Source of the DNA: an uncultured Candidatus Binatia bacterium
Lineage (GTDB): Bacteria > Desulfobacterota > Binatia > UBA9968 > JAJDTQ01
Direction: 5' to 3'
DNA length: 64,000 nt
Assembly: GCA_965221155.1 (NCBI GenBank)
Contig: OZ244869.1
Span: forward strand, 2,584,772 to 2,648,771
The first letter of the stretch is position 1; the number at the start of each line of letters is the position of its first letter. Below, piece after piece: positions 35,402 to 44,823 of the stretch. Made by a program: the position numbers and the translations under genes. Under the pieces are notes generated by a model. That model was not told the DNA's origin. It ran no database searches and was given only the letters and a program-made list of their open reading frames with translations.

Positions 35402-37648
35402 CTAAGATTCGTGCAGCGCCGCGTACACCTTCTCCGCGGTGAGCGGCAGGTCGTAGACGCGGGCGCCCACGGCGTCGGCCACGGCGTTGGCGATGGCGGC
35501 GGCGGTGGGCACGTTGGGGAGCTCGCCGATGGCCTTGCCCTGGAAGGGGACGGGGCCTTCGCCCTGCTCGACGAACACGGTGTCGAGCCTGGGGATGTCC
35601 TTGGCGCAGGGCAGTTTGAAGTCACCGAGGTTCAGGGTGGTGATCTTGCCGTCGGACATGGGGTTGTCTTCCATCAGCGCGAAGCCCACGCCGTTGACCA
35701 CGCCGCCGTCGATCTGGCCCTGGTAGGTCAGGTGGTTCAGGATCCTGCCGGAGTCGTGGGCGGTGGTCATCCGGGTGACCCGCACCTGGCCGGTTTCCGG
35801 ATCCACTTCCACCTCGGCGATCTGGGCAGCGAACGACGTGATGGGCGGCTGGCCTTCGGGCGCGAAGATCGTGTCGTGGTGAAACGACCCGCCCGCCTCG
35901 GCGATGGCCGCCTGGGCCACCTCCGCGAACGACAGCTCGCCACCCTCGGGGGCGGCGAAGCGGCCGTCCACCCGGCCTATCTTGTCGGGCTGGCAACCCA
36001 GTTTCCGGGCGGCGCACTCCACGAGTTTCTCATGGACCTCCCGGGCGGCCTTGTGGGCGGCGTGGCCGGTGGTGTTGGTGGACTTGCTGCCGCCGGTGCC
36101 GGGATCCCAGGGCGAGTTGTCGGTGTCCTCGACCCGGATGCGAATGGTCTCGGGCGCGGTGCCCAGGGTCTCGCTGACGATCTGCACGATGGCGGTGTGG
36201 ATTCCGGGCCCCACGTCGGGCACGCCGACGAGGACCGTCACCGTGCCGTCTTCATCGAGATCGATGCCGGCGTTGGCGTTGCCGCCGCCGGCGCCGCGCT
36301 CATAGAGGGCGATGCCGCGGCCGCGGTTGGGTCCGGGCGTACTCTTGCGCCATCCCGACGCCTCCACGGCCTTTTCCAGGGTTTCCTTGGCCAGGATGCC
36401 GTCCCACTTGGCGCCCAGCGGCGAGGTGTCGCCGGGGTCCAGCAGGTTGTGTAGCCGGAAGTCCACGGGATCGATGCCCATCTCCCTGGCGATGTGGCCC
36501 ATCTGCGACTCCACGGCGAAGACGATCTGCGGGCTTCCTGGGGTGCGGGTCTGGGTGCACGGGACCTGATTGGTGTAGGCGCACACGGTCTCGATGCGGA
36601 TAGCCGGCACCCGGTAGTAGCTGGCGAGCCGCTTGGCGCCCAGCACCGTGATCTCCGGGTTGGCCTTCCAGGCGGCGTAGGCGCCGCCCGCGAACGTGAC
36701 CTTGCCGTCGACGGCCGTGAGGGTACCGTCGTTCGTGACCCCGACGCGCAGGGTCACGATGGCCGGATGCCGGTGGGCGGCGGTGGCGATCTCCTCGGTG
36801 TAGGTGAGGACCATGCGCACCGGCCGGCCCGTTTCCTTGGCCAGGAAGTAGCACACCGGGGTGTCTATCATGGAAGCCTTGCCGCCGAAGTCCCCACCCA
36901 CCGAAAGGATGTGGACGTTGACCTTCTCGGGCTCGATCTCGAGGTCCTGGGCCAGCCGGTTCTTGAGCGCGAACGGCCCCTTGTTGGAGGCCCACACCTC
37001 CACGTTGCCTGACGAGTCCACCGCCACGGTGCAGGAGTGGGGCTCCAGGTAGCCGTGGTGCGCCAGTTGCGTGGCGAAGGTGTTCTCGAACACGCGGTCA
37101 GCGTTCGCGAATCCGCCGTCGACGTCGCCGTTCTGCCAGATGCTGTGGGACTGGACGTTGGGCCGGTCCGGGTCCACGCCCTCGGCCAGCGGCGGCGCGT
37201 TCTTGTAGTCCCGCGGCGCGTCGTGGAGCGCCGCTGTGCCGGGCTTGACCGCCTCCAGCGGGTCGTAGACACCGGGAAGCTCCTCGTAGTCCACGTCGAT
37301 GAGGCGTAGCGCCGCATCGGCGATCTCGGGCGTGTCCGCGGCCACCGCGGCCACCGGATCGCCCACGAACCGGACCTTGTCCGTCGCCAGCACCGGCATG
37401 TCCTTCATGCGCAGTCCGACGTACACCTCGGGCAGGTCAGAGCCGGTAAGAACGGCGTGGACGCCCGGCAGCGCCTTGGCCGCGGCGGTATCGATCTTGC
37501 GAATTCGCGCATGGGCCAACGGGCTGCGAAGGACCTTGGCATAGAGAGATTCGGGTATCGGCAAATCCGCGGCGTAGCGCGTGGCGCCGGTGACTTTCTC
37601 CGCGCCCTCGATGCGGGGCATGGGCATTCCGATTGTTTGATAGGACAA
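35402..37648 (-). CDS. xanthine dehydrogenase family molybdopterin-binding (large, CoxL/XdhB-like) subunit
   Basis: 748 aa. Aldehyde oxidase/xanthine dehydrogenase a/b hammerhead and MoCo-binding blocks ('GDFGGK', 'GGAYAAWK', 'EGQPPITSFAAQIAEVEVDPETGQVRV'). No adjacent small (2Fe-2S) or medium (FAD) subunit genes. Confidence 0.85.
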   Translation of the reverse strand: MSYQTIGMPMPRIEGAEKVTGATRYAADLPIPESLYAKVLRSPLAHARIRKIDTAAAKALPGVHAVLTGSDLPEVYVGLRMKDMPVLATDKVRFVGDPVAAVAADTPEIADAALRLIDVDYEELPGVYDPLEAVKPGTAALHDAPRDYKNAPPLAEGVDPDRPNVQSHSIWQNGDVDGGFANADRVFENTFATQLAHHGYLEPHSCTVAVDSSGNVEVWASNKGPFALKNRLAQDLEIEPEKVNVHILSVGGDFGGKASMIDTPVCYFLAKETGRPVRMVLTYTEEIATAAHRHPAIVTLRVGVTNDGTLTAVDGKVTFAGGAYAAWKANPEITVLGAKRLASYYRVPAIRIETVCAYTNQVPCTQTRTPGSPQIVFAVESQMGHIAREMGIDPVDFRLHNLLDPGDTSPLGAKWDGILAKETLEKAVEASGWRKSTPGPNRGRGIALYERGAGGGNANAGIDLDEDGTVTVLVGVPDVGPGIHTAIVQIVSETLGTAPETIRIRVEDTDNSPWDPGTGGSKSTNTTGHAAHKAAREVHEKLVECAARKLGCQPDKIGRVDGRFAAPEGGELSFAEVAQAAIAEAGGSFHHDTIFAPEGQPPITSFAAQIAEVEVDPETGQVRVTRMTTAHDSGRILNHLTYQGQIDGGVVNGVGFALMEDNPMSDGKITTLNLGDFKLPCAKDIPRLDTVFVEQGEGPVPFQGKAIGELPNVPTAAAIANAVADAVGARVYDLPLTAEKVYAALHES

Positions 37649-37710
37649 CGTTCACCTCCGGTTCGCCTATTCTACGGATGCAGGAGCCTGCGCCACAGGG
37701 CGACGAGGGT

Positions 37711-37783
37711 GTAGGGGCGGGTTTCAAACCCGCCCGCAGTTAGCGCCATGCGAGCGCGGGCGGGTTTGAAACCCGCCCCTACT
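37711..37783. repeat. REP family A inverted pair
   Basis: GTAGGGGCGGGTTTCAAACCCGCCCG ... GGGCGGGTTTGAAACCCGCCCCTAC. The second unit overlaps the stop codon of the downstream gene. Confidence 0.85.
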
Positions 37784-38864
37784 AGTTCAGTATCCCGGCC
37801 GCGTTCTCGCCCAGGATCTTGCGCTTGTTCTCTTCGGTCAGCTTGTCACTCTCAAGGATGGGCCGGGTCACCTCACCGGGAGGGGAGGAGTCCCAGTGCG
37901 GCGTGTCCGTGGCCAGCACGAGGTTGTCGTCGCCGAGCATCTCCACCGCCACTTCGAAGTGCTCGTCCTCGAACGGCTCGCAGCCGACGTACACCTGCCG
38001 CATGAAGTACTCGCTCGGCTTCATCTTGAGCCAGGGCACCAGGTGGGGCAGCTTCTCGTGGTGCTCGTCCATGCGCCCCAGCCACCACGGCATCTGCGAG
38101 GCGCCGGTTTCCAGGCATACCAGGTTCAGCTTGGGAAACCGTTCCAGTACGCCGCCGCAGATGAACGTCATCATGCACACCATGGACTCGAAGACGCGCC
38201 CGACCATGTGGGAGAAAAAGAAGTTGTCGGCGAACCGTTCCTGGCCCATGGACTCGTGCTTGGTGTCGTGGATGATAATGGGCCAGTGCAGGTTCTCCAA
38301 CTCGGCGTAGATGGGGTCGTAGTACGGGTCCCACCACTGGCGGCCCGCCACCGGCACCGCTTTCATGTTGAGGGCCGTGTTGCCCATCTCAGCCATGCGA
38401 TGTAGCTCCTTCACCGCCAGGTCCACGTCCTGCAGCGGGACCACGCCGGCCCATTGCAGGCGCTCCGGAAACTCGCCGGCGTACTGCCGCATGTAGTTGT
38501 TCTGGGCACGGCAATAGGCCGCCGCCAGCTCGGGGTCTTCGGGAAACCACACCAGGTCCAGCGCCGGCGAGTTGGGCGAGAGCACGGCCACGTCGATGCC
38601 GTCCTTGTCGAGGTTCCGCACGCGGCCCCCGGCCACGAGGTCTTCCGCCTTGTGCCATTCGGGCTTCTCGCCGCTCTGCCGGGTGACCTCCGAGCCCACC
38701 ATGATCCGCGAGCCCACCAGGGTCTTGCGCCTTTCGTCGGGTTTCGTCGGAAGCGGGCGGGGTAATTGATCCCTCCACTCCTCCTCGATGCAGTGCTTCC
38801 AGTTGCCCACGTCTCCCACCAGATGGCTGTCTAGGTCGATGACCTTGGTACCGTTGATGGCCAT
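37782..38864 (-). CDS. amidohydrolase-2 family protein
   Basis: Start reassigned to ATG 38864 with perfect AGGAGG RBS (MAINGTKVIDLDSHL...). 'ATDTPHWD' C-terminal block. 360 aa. Confidence 0.8.
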   Translation of the reverse strand: MAINGTKVIDLDSHLVGDVGNWKHCIEEEWRDQLPRPLPTKPDERRKTLVGSRIMVGSEVTRQSGEKPEWHKAEDLVAGGRVRNLDKDGIDVAVLSPNSPALDLVWFPEDPELAAAYCRAQNNYMRQYAGEFPERLQWAGVVPLQDVDLAVKELHRMAEMGNTALNMKAVPVAGRQWWDPYYDPIYAELENLHWPIIIHDTKHESMGQERFADNFFFSHMVGRVFESMVCMMTFICGGVLERFPKLNLVCLETGASQMPWWLGRMDEHHEKLPHLVPWLKMKPSEYFMRQVYVGCEPFEDEHFEVAVEMLGDDNLVLATDTPHWDSSPPGEVTRPILESDKLTEENKRKILGENAAGILN

Positions 38865-39120
38865 GGTATTCCTCCTGTTTGAATGGTAGCCGCACGGGCT
38901 CGGCCTGGGGCCGGACCGGTGCAATTTAGCCGAAATGGGCGGTGAGCCGAGAACAACACGGGTCATGGTGGCCCGATTCCGCGGGACAGGCCGCTAATGT
39001 TCCATAGCTCTCCTGGACGGGCAGTTCAAGGGATGGCAGACTGCCCCGGACAGGCTCCGGGGCCTGTTCCCGCGGCCGGCGAACGACTCGCCACGCCCCG
39101 ATCATGACCGGAGGCCATCC

Positions 39121-40071
39121 ATGCTTTTTCTCAAAGAGACGCCGGTGGAGACCATCATCCCCATGCCTCAGGCCATCGAGGCGGTGGAGGAGGCCCTGGC
39201 GGAGGCCTCCCGCGGCAACGCCGTGGTGCTGCCGCGCCGGCGCATCCATCACGGCAACCGGATGTTGTTCGGCGTGCTGCCGGGCTCCTTCAAGGGGGCC
39301 ATGGGAGCGTATCTTCAGACCGACCGGGACCGCGCCATCCATCACGAGACCGTGATCCTCTACAGCGTCGAGACCGGCGAGCCGTTGATGCTGTTCCAGG
39401 ACTGCTCCATCAACGAGCTTCGGACCGGCGCGGCGGGCGGCGTCGGTGCCAAGCACCTGGCCCCGCCGGACGCCCGCCGGGTGGCGGTCATCGGTAGCGA
39501 GAAACACGCCTTCACCCAACTCCAGGCGGTGTGCGCGGTGCGCCCCATCGATACCGTCAGGGTCTTCAGCCCCGCGCCGGCGCACCGAAGTCGGTTCGCT
39601 GACCGCGTTCGCGCCGGTCTGGGCCTGGAGGCTACGGCCACGGACAGCGCCGAGGCCGCGCTGGAGGGCTCGGACATCGTCATCACCGCCACCAACGCCC
39701 AAAGCCCGGTCTTCGAAGGCAGCGGCCTTCGGCCCGGGATGCACGTCACCTCCATCGCCAACGGCGACAAGACCCGCATGCGCGAGGAGATCGACCGGGA
39801 CACCATGAGGCGGGCAGCCAGGGTCTGCATCACCTCGAAGGCGACCGTGCAAACCAACGAGAGCGACATATTCCGCGCGGTTCGGGACGGCGTGCTCACC
39901 TGGGACGGCGTGTGCGAACTGGGAGACGTGATCCTCGGAAACGCCCCCGGCCGCACCGCGCCGGACGAGATCACGCTGTTCAAGCTTCAGGGGCTGGGGA
40001 TCATGGACCTTGCGTTGGGGTTGCGGGCGTACGAGGCGTTGAAGGACTCGGCTTCGGTGCAGCGGATCTAG
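39121..40071 (+). CDS. ornithine cyclodeaminase/mu-crystallin family protein
   Basis: 316 aa. Rossmann 'VAVIGSEKHAFTQLQAV', family-typical N- and C-terminal blocks. Confidence 0.85.
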   Translation: MLFLKETPVETIIPMPQAIEAVEEALAEASRGNAVVLPRRRIHHGNRMLFGVLPGSFKGAMGAYLQTDRDRAIHHETVILYSVETGEPLMLFQDCSINELRTGAAGGVGAKHLAPPDARRVAVIGSEKHAFTQLQAVCAVRPIDTVRVFSPAPAHRSRFADRVRAGLGLEATATDSAEAALEGSDIVITATNAQSPVFEGSGLRPGMHVTSIANGDKTRMREEIDRDTMRRAARVCITSKATVQTNESDIFRAVRDGVLTWDGVCELGDVILGNAPGRTAPDEITLFKLQGLGIMDLALGLRAYEALKDSASVQRI

Positions 40072-40157
40072 TGTCCTGTCCCACATTGAAGTTGACAAAT
40101 CTGCCGGTCTTTTCGCCGCCGGCGGCGTTGCTCTTCCTCGCGTGGTGCCGGCCACAC

Positions 40158-40304
40158 GGGCGGGTTTGAAACCCGCCCCTACAAGTCATCGCGCCTTGCG
40201 ACGACGAAAATCCTGCGCATCTTCGTATTTGTAGAACGCAACACTAGGAGCCTGCGCCACAGGAACCTGACATCCGATGTAGGGGCGGGTTTCAAACCCG
40301 CCCG
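40158..40304. repeat. REP family A inverted pair flanking ~95 bp (MITE-like)
   Basis: Units at 40158-40183 and 40279-40304. Internal segment similar to that of 44609-44763. Confidence 0.85.
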
Positions 40305-40309
40305 TTCCC

Positions 40310-41104
40310 TCACCGCCGCTTCAGCCGCAGGATCTCCCGCCGGACCATCTCCTGCCAGGACGCGCCGGGGCGGTCGGTCCAGTTGCCGGGCAGGTCGATG
40401 ATCTGTCCTTTCTGCTTGAAGGCGTGGGCGCGGCCCAAGGCGTCGGCCAGCAGCGACTCGTGCAGGCGGCTCGCGCGAGGCCGGCCGAAGGTGCGGCCCA
40501 CCGGGTTGTCCACACACACGGCCCTGGGGGGCTTGACCCGCTCCACCAAGTCCCGCACGGTACCGATCAACAGCGTCGGTACGCCCAGGCTCTCGACTAC
40601 GTTGGCGACGAGACTCACGGTCTCGTGGCAGTAGGGTCAGTAGGGGACCATGACGGCGAGGTCCACGTGCATGGCCGTGAGCTTGCTTGCCAACTCGGGC
40701 GCCAGGCGTTCGGTGATGGCCTCGTGGTCGGTGATGCCGCCGTAGATCGAGAAGTGGGCGCGAGCCGCGCTGCCGATGACGCCCTTTTGCGCCAGTTCCC
40801 GCAGCGCCCGCCTGGGCAAGACCACTTCCGCATCCCTGCGCGCGTCGGCGCCCACCGGAGATCGATGGTCCACGCACAACTCAACTTCCGGATCGGAGAC
40901 GATGCGGCGGTAGCTGGCGTCGCCCAGGGTGGGGAAGGCGCGCTGGTTCGGTTGGCGGATGGCAGCGCTGGTGAGGAGGCTCACCCGCATCTCGCGCAAC
41001 GGCTTGGCCAGCGGCTGCCACGCGATCTTCGGCGTGCGCCGGAGCTTGCGCGCCGGACCCGGGGCCGCGTGCTGTGCAAGGATAGGCAGATAGTCAAGAG
41101 CCAT
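40310..41104 (-). CDS. GrdB/PrdB-like reductase selenoprotein candidate with in-frame TGA (codon 157); alternatively a nonsense-disrupted gene
   Basis: Two ORF-track pieces (40637-41104 and 40310-40618) are in the same frame, separated only by TGA at 40637-40639. Context '...MVPY-U-PYCHETVSLVANVVESLGVPTLLIGTV' gives a U-x-x-C motif. A 7-bp stem / 5-nt loop hairpin begins 10 nt after the TGA. GGGGGAGG RBS before ATG 41104. Confidence 0.5.
40608..40626 (-). promoter_or_regulatory. SECIS-like mRNA hairpin (ACGAGAC-CGUGA-GUCUCGU) 10 nt downstream of in-frame UGA
   Basis: Perfect 7-bp stem with GU-containing apical loop at bacterial-SECIS-like spacing. Confidence 0.4.
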
Positions 41105-41162
41105 GGCGGTTCCTCCCCCGCGGACCTTTCACCCGTGCATGTTTCTCTCGCGCCTCTTCACG

Positions 41163-41239
41163 TAGGTCGGGTTAGCCGAAGGCGTAACCCGACTCCCCCC
41201 GCCCCCCGTGTCGGATTACGCTTCGCTAATCCGACCTAC
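41163..41239. repeat. REP family B inverted pair
   Basis: GTAGGTCGGGTTAGCCGAAGGCGTAACCCGAC ... GTCGGATTACGCTTCGCTAATCCGACCTAC. Confidence 0.85.
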
Positions 41240-41328
41240 AGGGAGCGAAGCAACCGCGGACCGAACCGGAGCAACCCCGGACCGGAGCCGCTACGTGGAA
41301 CGCCTCGCGGCAACTTCGCAGCCTTGCT

Positions 41329-41766
41329 TCAGCCGCCTTGTCCGTTCTGGGTCACGTACACCGGTCCGCCCTTGCCGATGCGCTCGCGGTCTTCCCGGGG
41401 CAGCTCCTTGAGGTCTTTCCGGAGCTCGTAGTTGATGTGCTTGATGTCCTCGGACGGACCCGAGCGGTTGCCCATGAGGATCATGGGGCCAGTGCCGGTG
41501 TTCTCGAGCTGGTAGAAGTCGCCGCCGTGAATGAGCGCCGCCATGCCCGGCTTCATGACCGCCTTGCCGCCGTCGGGAAAGTGCATGGTGCACTCGCCTT
41601 CGATGACGTAGAAGCTCTGGTCCGCGTTGTGGCAGTGCATGTCGTCCCTGTTGCCGGGCTCGGGATAGACGTGCACCCAACTGTGGAACCGCTTGGTGTT
41701 CATGACGACTTCGCGCTTCTTGTCCTTGTGCGCCTTCTCGATCAGATCCATGACTTGTATGGCCAT
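41329..41766 (-). CDS. cupin domain protein
   Basis: 145 aa. Cupin motifs 'HCHNADQSFYVIEGE' and 'PGMAALIHGGDFYQLEN'. Confidence 0.7.
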   Translation of the reverse strand: MAIQVMDLIEKAHKDKKREVVMNTKRFHSWVHVYPEPGNRDDMHCHNADQSFYVIEGECTMHFPDGGKAVMKPGMAALIHGGDFYQLENTGTGPMILMGNRSGPSEDIKHINYELRKDLKELPREDRERIGKGGPVYVTQNGQGG

Positions 41767-41840
41767 GTCGTTCTCCCTTCCAAAAAAACCAGTTTCAACC
41801 GTGCTTGCCGTTCAGCGCATCAAACCTGTAGCACCGTCCC

Positions 41841-42629
41841 TCAGGCGGCCCGTTCCCACTTGTCGACGTCCACCTCCCAGCCCTTGGTCTGGGACAGGTC
41901 CAGGGCGTTGTCTTCGGGGTCGCGGAAGCGGAACTCCGCGTAGGGGCGGTTGGCCGGCCGGGCCTTGACCGCCACCACGGGGCCCAGCTCGTCCAGCGTC
42001 TTGGCCAGATCGCTGACCAGAAATCCCATGTGGTTGACGCCGAAGCGGCGCTCGTGGCCTTCGGTGGAGCTGAAGAACGGGTGGATGGCGAGGTTGGTGG
42101 AGCCGTCGCCGGCAAAGCGGTTGAGCTTGCCCTCGCGCCGCCTTACGTAGCTGCTTTCCACCTCCCGGAGCCCCAGCACCTGGACGTAGAAGTTGAGCAT
42201 CATCTCCGGGTCCAGGGCATTGAAGGCGACGTGGGCCACCCGCGGAAACCCGCGTTCCTCCTCGACCCCGAAGCTTCCCTCCGAGAGCGTCACCGGGTTG
42301 CATTCCGGATCGAAGATGCGGATGGCGCCGTGGTGAACGTCCTTTGGTTCGGTCACCACCACCCCTCTGGGGTTGAACTTCTGATAGCGCGCCCGCACCT
42401 CGCCGAGATTGTCCACCTGCAAACCGATGTGGTGCAGGCCGCGCCGCGTGTGGAATTCACCGAGGGCCTGCCGCTTGCGGAACAGGGTGAGGTTGTAGAG
42501 GCCGTCGGTGAGGGAGACGTCTCCCTCCGCAGAACGTCCCAGTTCCTTCATCTCGAGGTACTCGGTGTAGAAGCCCGCCAGCGCGTCCGGGTCGCGGCTC
42601 ATGGCGGCGACGTAGCGAATTATGGCCAT
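41841..42629 (-). CDS. VOC family protein, two-module (glyoxalase/extradiol-dioxygenase-like)
   Basis: 262 aa. Two beta-alpha-beta-beta-beta modules ('HHIGLQVDNL', 'NHMGFLVSDL'). Confidence 0.7.
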   Translation of the reverse strand: MAIIRYVAAMSRDPDALAGFYTEYLEMKELGRSAEGDVSLTDGLYNLTLFRKRQALGEFHTRRGLHHIGLQVDNLGEVRARYQKFNPRGVVVTEPKDVHHGAIRIFDPECNPVTLSEGSFGVEEERGFPRVAHVAFNALDPEMMLNFYVQVLGLREVESSYVRRREGKLNRFAGDGSTNLAIHPFFSSTEGHERRFGVNHMGFLVSDLAKTLDELGPVVAVKARPANRPYAEFRFRDPEDNALDLSQTKGWEVDVDKWERAA

Positions 42630-42762
42630 GTCCTTCCCTCCGTTGGACCGTGATCGGCGTCCATCATGTTTGGCTCTGCGGAGATCGTTAGTGTATAGTC
42701 TCGATCCGTATCACGCTGCAACCCGTTGCAGGCCACTACGTACGAAGGAGGCAAGAGACATC

Positions 42763-43737
42763 ATGCCGGATCCCAGATTGAGCATAGCCCTGTCCCACTA
42801 TGACAGGCACGTGCCGCTGTTCGATGGAAGCGTAACCGCGGAGGGATTGGACCTGGAGGTGTTGGAGGTAGGCCAGTCGCACCCGCTCAGGCACGGCGAC
42901 AGGCGCCACGAGCGCATGCTTCGGGACGGCGAGTTCGACATCGCCGAGCTTTCGTTGTCGTCCTACCTCATCTCACAGAGCCGCGGCATGCCCATCAAGG
43001 CCATACCCGTGTTCCCGCGCCGCCTGTTCAGCCTGTCGCAGATGTGGGTCAACGTCGACGCCGGCATCGAGTCGCCCAGGGACCTCATCGGCAGGAACGT
43101 GGGGCTCAGCACTTTTCAGACCACTCTTTCCGTGCTCGCCAAGGGAGACCTGCAATCGGAGTACGACGTGCCGTGGCGCGAGATCAACTGGGTCATCGAC
43201 CGGCCCGAGGCCCTGCCCATCAAGGCGGAAGGGGTGAGCATCCGCTACCTCGAAAAGGGCGAAAGCATCGGCGGCATTCTGGAGCGGGGCGAGATCGACG
43301 CGTTGATGATGCCGCATCCGCCGGACGAGGTGGTGAACGGCTCGGACAAGATCCGGCGCCTGTTCCGTGACGCCCGCGGCGAGGAGCTCAAGTACTTCCG
43401 CAAGAACGGCTTCTATCCCATCATGCACGTCGTAGCGTTCAAGAACGAGGTGCTGGAGCAGCATCCCTTTGCCGTGGAGAGCGTCATGAACGCTTTCGAG
43501 AAGGCCAAGGTGGCCTGCCGTGAGTACTATGCGGATCCCAACTGGTCCAGCCTAGCCTGGACCAGGCACCTCTACGAGGAAGAGAAGGACCTGCTGGGCG
43601 AAGACTATTGGCCCTACGGGCTCAAGCGCAACCGCGCCAACCTGGAGCGCTTCATGGGCTACTCCCAGGACCAGGCGCTCATGGACAAGACCGTGACGGT
43701 GGAGGAGCTGTTCGTCGAATCGACCCTCGACTCGTGA
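42763..43737 (+). CDS. PhtD-like / NMT1-THI5-like fold protein, paralog 3
   Basis: Start at ATG 42763 after GAAGGAGG. Shares 'KAIPVFPRRLFS', 'GRNVGLSTFQTT', 'FYPIMHVV' blocks with the other two paralogs. Confidence 0.6.
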   Translation: MPDPRLSIALSHYDRHVPLFDGSVTAEGLDLEVLEVGQSHPLRHGDRRHERMLRDGEFDIAELSLSSYLISQSRGMPIKAIPVFPRRLFSLSQMWVNVDAGIESPRDLIGRNVGLSTFQTTLSVLAKGDLQSEYDVPWREINWVIDRPEALPIKAEGVSIRYLEKGESIGGILERGEIDALMMPHPPDEVVNGSDKIRRLFRDARGEELKYFRKNGFYPIMHVVAFKNEVLEQHPFAVESVMNAFEKAKVACREYYADPNWSSLAWTRHLYEEEKDLLGEDYWPYGLKRNRANLERFMGYSQDQALMDKTVTVEELFVESTLDS

Positions 43738-43831
43738 GATGATCAGGCGTCGGCGCGGCCCCATGCCGGGGTACCGCCGGCGTCTGCGACACAGGCCGCA
43801 CTCCGCGGCGACCCCATCCAGTCGATAACCC

Positions 43832-44506
43832 ATGGCGACACATCAGGAGATCGGCGGCGTTTCCGATCAGGAGTTCGTCGAGCGCATGGTGGCGCGCTAT
43901 CCCCGCCGCTTCAACGACGAATACTGGTCCGTCTTCAAGGCCAACGTGGGACGGCATCTTCCCGCCGAGCCCAGCATCGTGGATCTGGGCTGTGGCCCGG
44001 GACTGTATCTGCGCGACCTCTCCGAACGCCACCGTGGCAGCCGGTTGTACGGATTCGACGCCACGCCGGCCATGATCGACCACGCCCGGCAGTTGCGCTA
44101 CCAGGGCGCGGCGCCCACGCTGGCGGTGCAGGACGTGGAAGAGGAGCCGTTGCCGCTGGACCCCGGCAGCGTGGACTTGGTGTCCATGACCGCGCTGCTC
44201 CATTTTCTGGATGACCCGTTCGCCGTGTTGTCGGAGGTGCGGCGGGTGCTTCGCCCCGGGGGCCTGTTCCTGCTCGACGACTGGGTCCGCATGCCCTTGG
44301 CGGAGTACATCCGCACCCGGCCGCGCGACCGGGACGAGACAGTGGACAAGAGCCGCAGGCGTTGGCTCCGCCTCTTCCCCATCCACAACAAGTACACCGT
44401 GGCCGACTGGAAGTGGCTGCTCGCGGAAGCCGGCTTCTCCCTGGTCTCAACGGTCCAGATCCGGCCGCAGTCGCAGATCTTTGTGGCCGTGACGCGTGGT
44501 CTGTAG
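43832..44506 (+). CDS. class I SAM-dependent methyltransferase
   Basis: Motif I 'IVDLGCGPGLYL', motif post-I 'GFDATPAMI'. 224 aa. Confidence 0.8.
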   Translation: MATHQEIGGVSDQEFVERMVARYPRRFNDEYWSVFKANVGRHLPAEPSIVDLGCGPGLYLRDLSERHRGSRLYGFDATPAMIDHARQLRYQGAAPTLAVQDVEEEPLPLDPGSVDLVSMTALLHFLDDPFAVLSEVRRVLRPGGLFLLDDWVRMPLAEYIRTRPRDRDETVDKSRRRWLRLFPIHNKYTVADWKWLLAEAGFSLVSTVQIRPQSQIFVAVTRGL

Positions 44507-44608
44507 CAGAGGAGTCGCTAGTGTGGTGTCCCACGTAATCGTTTACAAATCTGCTGGTCGTTCTTGCCGTCGGCTGCGTTACTCTTCCTCGCGTGGTGCC
44601 CGCCACAC

Positions 44609-44763
44609 GGGCGGGTTTGAAACCCGCCCCTACAAGTCATCGCGCCTTGCCGACAACAAGAAATCCTGCGCATCTTTGTAAACGCTTACGTGGGACACCA
44701 CACTAGCAACGGGACTTTTGTTGTCGTGTGACGACCTTGTAGGGGCGGGTTTCAAACCCGCCC
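44609..44763. repeat. REP family A inverted pair flanking ~105 bp (MITE-like)
   Basis: Units at 44609-44633 and 44738-44763. Internal sequence homologous to the 40158-40304 element. Confidence 0.85.
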
Positions 44764-44823
44764 GCGTACCCGCTACCACGCACGCCTGAGTGGTTGTGAG
44801 CCGTGGTCGCTGGCCGCGTCGAA

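Noticed and set aside
40424-41431. 335-aa + strand ORF antisense to the selenoprotein candidate
   Set aside because: Low-complexity Arg/Gly/Pro-rich translation with no motifs. Overlaps a minus-strand gene that has a strong RBS and a coherent domain.
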